This document shows positions 19,229 to 27,461 of a stretch of DNA of 56,316 nt, piece after piece. Source of the DNA: Candidatus Heimdallarchaeota archaeon (lineage in GTDB: Archaea; Asgardarchaeota; Heimdallarchaeia; Heimdallarchaeales; Heimdallarchaeaceae); NCBI GenBank assembly GCA_030668825.1, contig DAOVET010000008.1, forward strand, positions 1-56,316. The letters run 5' to 3'. Position numbers and translations under genes: made by a program. Under the pieces are notes generated by a model. It was not told where the DNA came from, made no database searches, and was given only the letters and a program-made list of their open reading frames with translations. Position 1 is the first letter of the stretch. Every line of letters starts with the position of its first letter.

Positions 19229-19241
19229 AAAATTCAATCTT

Positions 19242-20282
19242 TTATTTGAAAACTATATCGAGCTGAGCTTCACATTTATTACAATTTCCTTGTAAAGAGA
19301 TTCTCCTTACTTCTGTAGCTGACGCTCCTCTATAAATAAGTAATTCTCCACATTTTGGACAATAAGTATTTGATGCTTCATGATCAGGTACATCGTTTAA
19401 ATAAACGAAATCTAAGCCTACTTCCTTAGCTATTTGATAACATCTCTCTAATAATTCTGTAGTTGTGGGTTGTAATTCTTTAAGTCTATGAGCAGGGAGC
19501 AATCTAGCTAAGTGCAACGGAACAGATACTGAAAGTTCTTTTCTTATCCATTCGGCTATTTTTCTAGTTTGTTCTTCAGTATTTTCAAGCGCTTCATGGA
19601 TAACGAAATTTAGTTCGAGGAGTTTTTCTTTTTCATAAATCAATTTGATAATCTTCTTAACTTCCTCGAAAGTACCTGCATGACACTTTTGTTGGTACCC
19701 AATATCAGAAACTGATTTTATATCAATAGTAACCGCATCAACACATTCAAGAATTTCCTTAACAGGTTCTTTATTGAAATAAGCATTAGTTCTCAATAAT
19801 ACTTTTAGATTTCTCTGTTGAGCAAGAGTTGCAGTATCACGAACCCACTCAAAAGATATTAGAGGCTCAGCTTCACCAAAAGCTATAATCTTAGAACCTG
19901 ATGCCACCCCAAACATTGCAGCTTGATCAGGAGCATATTTTTTTGCACCAATTTGAGCCGGATCAATACCAATATTATCAGGCATTGCGCAATAATCACA
20001 ATCAAGATTACAATTGTATGTAGAAAATGTTTGTACTCTTGAATTTGGATAAAAATGAAATACATGTTGTTTTTCAATCATATCTATCTTCATATCAGTA
20101 TATCCATAAGTTAGCGAATACATTTTCCCTTCAAGATTTACTCGTGAAAAACATTTACCTTTCTCTCCAACTAACAAAGTACATTCTATAGGACATAAGC
20201 GACACTGAATAACTTGATTTTCTTCATCAATCACATCATAATATTCAGCTTCGTGCAGTGGAGATTGTGACATTGATTTCAT
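19242..20282 (-). CDS. Divergent AmmeMemoRadiSam-type (PflA-like) radical SAM protein
   Basis: N-terminal CRLCP..C...G.C, CNLDCDYC cluster motif, and C-terminal NTYCPKCG...CNKC. Confidence 0.85.
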   Translation of the reverse strand: MKSMSQSPLHEAEYYDVIDEENQVIQCRLCPIECTLLVGEKGKCFSRVNLEGKMYSLTYGYTDMKIDMIEKQHVFHFYPNSRVQTFSTYNCNLDCDYCAMPDNIGIDPAQIGAKKYAPDQAAMFGVASGSKIIAFGEAEPLISFEWVRDTATLAQQRNLKVLLRTNAYFNKEPVKEILECVDAVTIDIKSVSDIGYQQKCHAGTFEEVKKIIKLIYEKEKLLELNFVIHEALENTEEQTRKIAEWIRKELSVSVPLHLARLLPAHRLKELQPTTTELLERCYQIAKEVGLDFVYLNDVPDHEASNTYCPKCGELLIYRGASATEVRRISLQGNCNKCEAQLDIVFK

Positions 20283-20437
20283 GCTAATTTTTGAACTTCA
20301 TTATTAAATCTTATTAAACTAACATCTTTATTGGGAGAATTTCCACCTCAATATTTATCTATAAGTGGATGTTTGGTCTATTTCTTTAATATAATTATAG
20401 CAAAAAGTATTTCAGATACTTCACTAATTTCTTATTA

Positions 20438-21583
20438 ATGTGGACTCTTTTAAAAAGAGATACGATGACTGTTTGGCAACAAGTTGAATTGGAAAATCGT
20501 CTGGTAAATTACAGAGAAATATTTCAGGGAAAACGTATCCCCCGATACAAGCTGGCCAGATTATTTTATGTTCCTTTTAATGGTTATAAGGACAAAGATG
20601 AACTAATGAATATTCATGAACACTACCATCCAAAATTCAAGAAGTGGATAGCAGAGAAACAGCATCTTCCTCTTGAAGAGATTGAGAAAGAAATTGAAGA
20701 GCTACACAAAGCCGAGGATATTACAAGTAATAATTATCTGGAGCTGAAACTAACTATCTTGAAAGATGTTCTTTCTTCATGTGAATTCTGTGAGAACAGA
20801 TGCAGAGCCAATCGTGATGAAGGAGAAGTTGGGAAATGTGGAATTGATGATAAAGCATACGTTAGCTCAGCTTTCATTCATATGGGGGAAGAAAGTCCTA
20901 TTGTCCCTAGCGGTACAATATTCTTTTTGGGTTGTACTATGGATTGTCAGTTTTGTCAAAACTGGGATATAAGTCACGAATTTGGATTTGAGAGAATTAA
21001 GGGGAGAGGAACATCAGCCATTCAACTTGCACAACTTTATTTCACTTTGGTTAAACAGAATGCGAGAAATATCAATTTTGTTGGAGGAGAACCTACACCA
21101 AACTTACATGTTATTTTAGAATCTTTCAAACATTCACAAGTTGATGTCCCAATGTTGTGGAATAGTAATATGTATCTTACTGATATGAGCATGAAACTGA
21201 TTGCAGATCTTTTTGATATTTGGCTACCAGATATGAAATATTCTAACAATGAATGTGCAACCAAGTACTCCAAAGCACCAAAATATTGGAAGGCGCTTCA
21301 AAGAAATATGAGAATGATTGAAGACAGAGGATCTGGTGAGTATATAATTCGCCACCTAGTTATGCCAAACCACACAAAGTGTTGTTCTATTCCTATTTTG
21401 GATTGGATCAATGAAAATCTTAATACACCACTCGTAAACATTATGGGTCAATATCATCCAGATTATATTGTTCTTCAAACTGATAGATTTCCTGAGATTA
21501 AGAGAAGAGTTTCAACTACAGAAATGTATGAAGTTCGAAATCATGCTGATAAAATAGGATTATACTGGAAAAGTGTTTCTTAA
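20438..21583 (+). CDS. PflX-like radical SAM protein
   Basis: CEFCE.RC...R....G.C, HMGEE, SGTIFF.GCTMDCQFCQN, VGGEPTP, RHLVMP and NIMGQY motifs. The start may be ATG 20465. Confidence 0.9.
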   Translation: MWTLLKRDTMTVWQQVELENRLVNYREIFQGKRIPRYKLARLFYVPFNGYKDKDELMNIHEHYHPKFKKWIAEKQHLPLEEIEKEIEELHKAEDITSNNYLELKLTILKDVLSSCEFCENRCRANRDEGEVGKCGIDDKAYVSSAFIHMGEESPIVPSGTIFFLGCTMDCQFCQNWDISHEFGFERIKGRGTSAIQLAQLYFTLVKQNARNINFVGGEPTPNLHVILESFKHSQVDVPMLWNSNMYLTDMSMKLIADLFDIWLPDMKYSNNECATKYSKAPKYWKALQRNMRMIEDRGSGEYIIRHLVMPNHTKCCSIPILDWINENLNTPLVNIMGQYHPDYIVLQTDRFPEIKRRVSTTEMYEVRNHADKIGLYWKSVS

Positions 21584-21591
21584 CCTTCTTT

Positions 21592-22080
21592 TTATTGGAT
21601 GCTCATATCCCATAATAGACGCTTTGTTGTTGATCTTTCCCATTTATTTAAAGCACTTCTTGCAGCTATAGTTTCAGAGAGAAATTTATGTTGGAAATCG
21701 GCTATAAAATCTATGAGTTTCTCAATTTCAGTTATTTTGTCTAGTAATGCTTCAGATATATAAAATGTGATAGAAAATCCTGGTTCTGGTTCCTTTTGAA
21801 CAATTCCTGTAGCTTCATAAAGTGCTACACTTAGTCGTTTGAGTAACATATCGTCGAAAGGATCTCTAAGTTCAAAAATCAGTGAAATCAGACTTGAATT
21901 TCTAGTTTTCTCGATAAACCCATTTTTAAGTGGAAATTGCTTCAAATCCATATCTCTGCAATCTTTACAGATTACACAAGGATAGTTAATTTCTCTATGG
22001 GGGCAGATATACCTTTCAAGTTTCATAGCTTGCCTGATTTTTTCCTTATCTTCTAAAAACTCAGGTGAATGAGAACTCAT
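21592..22080 (-). CDS. Hypothetical protein with a Cys cluster (possible Zn site)
   Basis: CPH...PCVICKDC. ATG 22080 is preferred over TTG 22092. Confidence 0.6.
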   Translation of the reverse strand: MSSHSPEFLEDKEKIRQAMKLERYICPHREINYPCVICKDCRDMDLKQFPLKNGFIEKTRNSSLISLIFELRDPFDDMLLKRLSVALYEATGIVQKEPEPGFSITFYISEALLDKITEIEKLIDFIADFQHKFLSETIAARSALNKWERSTTKRLLWDMSIQ

Positions 22081-22129
22081 ACAAGTAACCAAAAGCGTTT
22101 TACTGTTTTATATTTACTGTTAGATGTAA

Positions 22130-22585
22130 TCATATTTTAAAAACATCCCTAGAAACCTTCTTCATCCCACCATTAGACCACTCAATTTTCTGCACTGGGA
22201 ATGCTGAAAGAATTGAGGAAATAGTCTCTTTTAGTTCCCAAAAATATCGGAAACTCTGTTCAGGTTTCTTTTCAAAAATTGTTTGTATTTCCTGATTGCT
22301 CTTCCTATAGCTTTCCAACATCATTATAGCTTTTTGTTTAGAACTTGTTCCCTTTAGTTCCTCTTTGAATGAAGTTTGCCATCTCTCAGTTCTATTTTCC
22401 TTCTCTAAAACAAATTTAAATTCTATTATCAATAGTTCTAAATCAGCTCTCAATTTCCAAAGGATATCATTTATTTTGCTGTTAGATAAACTTGATAAAT
22501 TGTCCAGTAAATCGTTAAATTTGTTTATAGAATTACTAATATTCTCTTCTAAATTTACTTCCAATTTATCTAGATTATTTGACAT
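22130..22585 (-). CDS. Hypothetical alpha-helical protein
   Basis: 151-aa ORF filling the gap, with no recognised motif. Confidence 0.6.
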   Translation of the reverse strand: MSNNLDKLEVNLEENISNSINKFNDLLDNLSSLSNSKINDILWKLRADLELLIIEFKFVLEKENRTERWQTSFKEELKGTSSKQKAIMMLESYRKSNQEIQTIFEKKPEQSFRYFWELKETISSILSAFPVQKIEWSNGGMKKVSRDVFKI

Positions 22586-22670
22586 AACATGCTTGAAATT
22601 TGAATTACATATAAAAAAATGGTGTTTGGAAACAAACGTTTAAATCAGCCTGATTTCAATCAATTTATTG

Positions 22671-23861
22671 ATGTCTGTCAAAAATCACTTTGGTATAGAT
22701 TTCATCATCAATGAAGATGAAATTTATCTAGATTCTGCAACTGTAGGAAGACTACCTCAGTCCTCAGTTTCAGTTTTAAACGATTTTTATTCCAAATATG
22801 GAGGAGGGATTAGTAGAGGTACGCATAAAATTGCAATCGATGCTAGTCGCTCACTAGAAAAATCCCGTTCAATCATCGGAGATATCTTTTCTATTGACAA
22901 GTCACGTGTATCTTTCCTACCATCAAGAGAAACTGCCTTGCTTAATGCTCTTTTTTCTCAAAGTTTCGATAAGGAAAGTGAAATTATTGCTAGCTCTCTT
23001 GATGATCACTCAGTAATAACACCTCTATTGAAGGTGAATAAATTCTTTGGAACACAGCTAAGCTTTACAGGAATTGAAGAAGAAATCGATTTATTTACTT
23101 CTATTCAAGCAAAGATTAATTCAAACACAAAAGCAATCGTTCTATCATCACTAACTCTTGGAATGGGAGTTCAAAGAGATTGGAAAAGCATATCTCAATT
23201 AGCAATTGACAATGAGTTATTGTTTATCTTGGACATGTCTAATGGCGTAGGGCACGCATCCTATAATTTTGGTGAGATTGCCCCCCATATCATAATTTCA
23301 TCTGGTAGTATAGGAGCTCTTGGTCCTCAAGGATCAGCATTTCAAATTATTTCAAATGAAATAGATAAAGATTTCAATCCTATTTTAGTTGGTGGAGGAT
23401 CTGTTGTTTCCGTAAATGAATCTGACTATAAATTATCATCAATTCCAAATAAATATGAGCCAGGATCACTAAATATTGCTTCTATTTCTGGTTTAGCAAA
23501 TAGTCTGCAACTGCTATCAGATGTTGGTTTTGAAAAAATCAGAAAACATGAACAGGAATTAAGAAAAATCCTTTATGATGGTCTCAAAAAAATTAACAAG
23601 ATAGATATTGTTGAGAAAGATGGTTTATCATATGGTCCTATTTTTTCCTTCTTTAGCGAAGAAATTGATGCTCATGATATAGCAATTATTTTAGAAGACC
23701 TGGCTAACATTTATGTTAGAAGTGGAGCACTGTGTTCTCATCTTTTTATGGATGAATTAAAGCAAGAATCACTAGTTCAAGTTTCCACTCATCTGTATAA
23801 TACAAAAAAGGATATTGTTACTTTTATAGAAACATTAGAAGCAATAATGGCAGAAATATGA
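22671..23861 (+). CDS. Cysteine desulfurase (SufS/CsdA, aminotransferase class V)-like protein lacking the PLP lysine, copy 1
   Basis: IYLDSAT, LVGGG, KYEPGS.N, VRSGALCSH and STHLYNT. The SGHKG motif reads SGSIG. Confidence 0.88.
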   Translation: MSVKNHFGIDFIINEDEIYLDSATVGRLPQSSVSVLNDFYSKYGGGISRGTHKIAIDASRSLEKSRSIIGDIFSIDKSRVSFLPSRETALLNALFSQSFDKESEIIASSLDDHSVITPLLKVNKFFGTQLSFTGIEEEIDLFTSIQAKINSNTKAIVLSSLTLGMGVQRDWKSISQLAIDNELLFILDMSNGVGHASYNFGEIAPHIIISSGSIGALGPQGSAFQIISNEIDKDFNPILVGGGSVVSVNESDYKLSSIPNKYEPGSLNIASISGLANSLQLLSDVGFEKIRKHEQELRKILYDGLKKINKIDIVEKDGLSYGPIFSFFSEEIDAHDIAIILEDLANIYVRSGALCSHLFMDELKQESLVQVSTHLYNTKKDIVTFIETLEAIMAEI

Positions 23862-24038
23862 AAGAGAAAATCATAAGTCACCTTAGCTTCTTTCTGGCAT
23901 CGCTTATGCTTTACCAAATGCCTTACGATCATCCTCTAGATTTTCCCTAATTTCTCATATTCTTAGTAGTATTCAAACTTTTTGATTTCATATCAAGGAA
24001 GATTTTAAAATCTACTATGAATAAATCTAACCGGAACC

Positions 24039-25226
24039 ATGACGACTACTACAAGATTTGGAATTGAATTTAATCTAAAGCCTGACCAAATTTATCTAGA
24101 TTCAGCTACAATTGGTAAAATTCCTGTTTCTTCTATGAAAAAAATACAGGAATATTACAAAAATGGAGGAGGGGCACCTGTTAGAGGAGTGCACAATGAA
24201 ATATCTTCTAGCAATCGTCTTCTGGAAGAAAACAGGAAATCACTTTCGAGAATATTCAATATAGAATCATCCCAAATTTCATTTTTTCCATCAAGAGAAA
24301 CGGTTCTAACAAGTGTCTTTCATTCAATACCGAATATAGGTGAAAAAAAAATTGTTACTAGTATTCTAGAGGAGCATTCTATTTTAGCTCCTGCAATAAA
24401 AGTGAACAATTCTTTTGGTACAGATATTGAATATCTAAATATTGAAGATGAAACAACCCTTCTTGAGAAAATTAGTGAAAAAATACATTCCCCCAAAGAC
24501 ATTGTACTTCTTTCTTCTTTAACAGCTACTAATGGTGTGAAGAGAGAATGGAATAAAATAGCTAAAATCTGTAAAGAAGTGGATGCCACATTCATTCTAG
24601 ATATTAGTTATTCAGTGGGTCATGAAGAGATTATGTTTGATAAAGAAACACCAGATATAGTTGTATCTTCAGGATGCATTGGTGCTTTAGGTCCTGCAGG
24701 TACAGCATTCCAGATTACCAATAATGAAATCTATAATAAAATGGATCCTTTAATTGTTGGAGGTGGCTCAATAATTGCACTTGAAGAATATTCTTATCTC
24801 CTTAATTCTTCAGGTTCGAAGTTTGAAACAGGAATAATTAATGTTGCCAATATAAATGCAATGACTAATAGTTTAGAACTATTATCGAATTTTGGGTTAT
24901 CAAAAATTAAGGAACATGAAAAAAAATTACATTCTAAGCTAAGAACTGGTTTAGAAAACATTCCTTCTATTAAGTTAAACAAAATTGAAGGAGCTGAATA
25001 TGGACCAATTTTATCATTTGGCAGTGAAAAAGTTGAAGCACACGATTTGGCTATGGTTCTAGATGATATGAAAAATATACAAATAAGAAGTGGGGCTTTG
25101 TGTTCTCACTTGTATATGTATGAACTTAAATTCAATGACATAGTAAGAGTATCGACTCATCTTTACAATACTGAGGATGAAATACTTATTTTTCTGGAAA
25201 CAGTTGATTCTTTTATAAGAACATAA
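24039..25226 (+). CDS. Cysteine desulfurase-like protein lacking the PLP lysine, copy 2
   Basis: IYLDSAT, IVGGG, KFETG, IRSGALCSH and RVSTHLYNT. The SGHKG motif reads SGCIG. It is collinear with copy 1. Confidence 0.88.
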   Translation: MTTTTRFGIEFNLKPDQIYLDSATIGKIPVSSMKKIQEYYKNGGGAPVRGVHNEISSSNRLLEENRKSLSRIFNIESSQISFFPSRETVLTSVFHSIPNIGEKKIVTSILEEHSILAPAIKVNNSFGTDIEYLNIEDETTLLEKISEKIHSPKDIVLLSSLTATNGVKREWNKIAKICKEVDATFILDISYSVGHEEIMFDKETPDIVVSSGCIGALGPAGTAFQITNNEIYNKMDPLIVGGGSIIALEEYSYLLNSSGSKFETGIINVANINAMTNSLELLSNFGLSKIKEHEKKLHSKLRTGLENIPSIKLNKIEGAEYGPILSFGSEKVEAHDLAMVLDDMKNIQIRSGALCSHLYMYELKFNDIVRVSTHLYNTEDEILIFLETVDSFIRT

Positions 25227-25297
25227 TTTGTGTGTAAATTAAAAAAGATTACATGGAAAGAATTAAAAGAAAGTTAGATTGTTTTTATCTAACTCTA

Positions 25298-25371
25298 GCA
25301 CGCATAGTCTAGTGGTAGGACTCAGCCCTCCCACGGCTGAAACCCGAGTTCGAATCCCGGTGCGTGCACCA
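25298..25371 (+). tRNA. tRNA-Gly (anticodon CCC), intronless, with encoded 3' CCA
   Basis: Acceptor stem GCACGCA/TGCGTGC, D arm GTCT-AGTGGTA-GGAC, anticodon arm CAGCC-CTCCCAC-GGCTG (CCC at 25330-25332), T loop TTCGAAT, discriminator A, then CCA at 25369-25371. Confidence 0.96.
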
Positions 25372-25473
25372 TGATTTTTTTACAAAGCGTGGATTTGTTA
25401 ATGTTTATTTTGACACAATAGACTAACTTTTAAAAGACAATTTACTATTATTCATTGAACAGAAGGTGTAAAT

Positions 25474-25701
25474 ATGGCGAGATGCCCTGATTGTGGTGGC
25501 GAAGTAAAATATAAGGCTCCTTTTATGGTTTGCTTAGATTGTGGTCTTTCTTTCAAGAGAGGAGAGCTCGATAAAGTTAAAACTACAGTTCGTGATGAAC
25601 AGAAGAAAATTGTTGGGGAAACTACTGAAGAAATAGAAAGAAAAGATAGAGAACGTAAAAGAGCATATCATGACTGGTATATGAAAAAGGAGGAAAAATA
25701 G
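25474..25701 (+). CDS. Small Zn-ribbon protein
   Basis: CPDCGG...VCLDCG with a charged helical tail. AGGTG lies upstream of the ATG. Confidence 0.8.
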   Translation: MARCPDCGGEVKYKAPFMVCLDCGLSFKRGELDKVKTTVRDEQKKIVGETTEEIERKDRERKRAYHDWYMKKEEK

Positions 25702-25959
25702 ATGACTATTATAGCTCAACACATGAAATGCGATTTCAGAGATCGCTGTGCCTCCTGTAGTAAATATTTATGGTCACCTAAACAAACAGGAAGATATTTC
25801 TATTGTAGAGATTGTAAATCTGATATTCTCTGTGACCGTGGTTTAATTCAGAACTTTTCTACAGACAGAGATGGAATTATCAAAAAGAAAAATCTCTGTA
25901 TGAAATGCAACAACGAAGTTGTGGAGAAAATGTGGCCTGAAGAAGCTTTAGAGTTATAA
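25702..25959 (+). CDS. Small Cys-rich Zn-finger protein
   Basis: Eight Cys including three CxxC pairs. It abuts the upstream stop codon. Confidence 0.75.
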   Translation: MTIIAQHMKCDFRDRCASCSKYLWSPKQTGRYFYCRDCKSDILCDRGLIQNFSTDRDGIIKKKNLCMKCNNEVVEKMWPEEALEL

Positions 25960-25981
25960 AAAGAATAAAAGAAAAATGATC

Positions 25982-27364
25982 CTACTCGATAATGACATAT
26001 AAACCAGGATCATCCATTATGTAAATTAGTTCATCTGGATTTTTAGACATATATTTTGAAATTTCTCTTCTTAATGTGTCTACAGGAGATTCTTCTGGTC
26101 TTTTTATAGGATCAACTCGATAGTAATTTCTTAATTGTTCAGCATCCCAATCTGAGATCATTTTCAGATTTCCTTCTCCAATCATCTTTATTATTCTCAT
26201 GGTATCTACAGGTTTCTGGTTTCCTATTTTGAATGTCTCAGTTGTACAGTAATTATCCAAAACATACTCAAGAGCTTCTTGGAGAGGCATATCACCTGTT
26301 TCTTTCATTACTTGTTCGTAATTGGCATTGCCTATACCATCCGGAAGAGGTGCAACCGCTAGAATTTCTCCAGTACCATCTTGTTTAACCGCATGGAATG
26401 CTGCGTGTATTCCCTTACCAGCTTGATAGAGATTAATCCCCCAGCTTTGCATCCCGCTAACAACTATTCCTGCAGCTTTAGGTAATCGTAAAGTTCTCAT
26501 CTTAACAATATGTTGTTTTGCTTCATCATGTAATTCTACCAAATCTCCAGTACAAATATAGACTATTTTTCCTTCTGTTACAATAGTATCAATACCAAAA
26601 ATAGTTACTTTCGCTTTTAGAATGTTGACCATATTTTTAATATCAGTAATTACTGGATTTTCTTTTGTTCCTCCTAGTTTGCAACCAGGTACGAAGCCTA
26701 ATTTTCTGTCAAACATTTTAGGATGGTTTTGCCTTACAGTGTCCCTACTAGCAATCCCTGGACATATTTCTTTAATAGTTCCCGCTACACCAGCGAAATA
26801 GTGTAATTCACTATCAGTTATTGGAACTAATATTGATGCTTCAAAAGCTAATTTATCGAACTCCATGGGAGTTCCAGCATCACTTTCACCAATATAGACT
26901 CCTTCAATATCACAATCATGTGAAACTATTAGTGATCTATATTCTTCATAGATTTGTTCTCCAACTATCTTTGCATATTCAGACTCCTTTGGAAGTCTAT
27001 GAGTACCTGTAGCTATTAGAACTATAATATCCTCTTTCAAAACATCTAGAGAAAGGACTTTTTCAATCATTATAGGTAAAATTATTTTGGTATGAATATT
27101 TGGTCTTGTGTAATCATCAACTACAAAAACAATAGGTTTACCATTTTGGTATTTCTGTTCAACAAGCTTATCAAAGGAGAGATCATATCCCAATGGATCG
27201 GATAATTTTCTCAGTAAAGCTTCCTTAACTGTTCCTTCAAACATTGGGATTTTAGAAAATTCTGGTGGATGTAAAAACTTAGTTTGATCTTTATATTGAC
27301 TTGGTACAAATCCATTAATTATTTCTGAACCCCAAGATATTGGTGTATCCAAATAATCTGTCAT
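25982..27364 (-). CDS. larA: Nickel-pincer-dependent lactate racemase LarA family (2-hydroxyacid racemase/epimerase)
   Basis: D.TRP, ATGTHR, SHD, HYFAG..G..K...PG, NH and NLYQ..KG motifs. The substrate is not assignable from sequence by eye. Confidence 0.85.
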   Translation of the reverse strand: MTDYLDTPISWGSEIINGFVPSQYKDQTKFLHPPEFSKIPMFEGTVKEALLRKLSDPLGYDLSFDKLVEQKYQNGKPIVFVVDDYTRPNIHTKIILPIMIEKVLSLDVLKEDIIVLIATGTHRLPKESEYAKIVGEQIYEEYRSLIVSHDCDIEGVYIGESDAGTPMEFDKLAFEASILVPITDSELHYFAGVAGTIKEICPGIASRDTVRQNHPKMFDRKLGFVPGCKLGGTKENPVITDIKNMVNILKAKVTIFGIDTIVTEGKIVYICTGDLVELHDEAKQHIVKMRTLRLPKAAGIVVSGMQSWGINLYQAGKGIHAAFHAVKQDGTGEILAVAPLPDGIGNANYEQVMKETGDMPLQEALEYVLDNYCTTETFKIGNQKPVDTMRIIKMIGEGNLKMISDWDAEQLRNYYRVDPIKRPEESPVDTLRREISKYMSKNPDELIYIMDDPGLYVIIE

Positions 27365-27461
27365 AAGCTTCCCAACTACAAAGTGTATATAAAATCTATC
27401 CTTTGGACAAAAAAGGAGTATTCATCAATTACTTTTTAACTATCCCTATTATTCGAATTTT

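Noticed and set aside
22081-22092. Shared TGGTTACnTGTA string upstream of the ATG here and at the ArsR gene (~34833-34844), giving MVTC- N-termini in the track
   Set aside because: Only two occurrences with different spacing in AT-rich DNA, which is compatible with chance.
25298-25981. tRNA-Gly as an integration site for an island
   Set aside because: No duplicate of the tRNA 3' end and no integrase were seen in the window.
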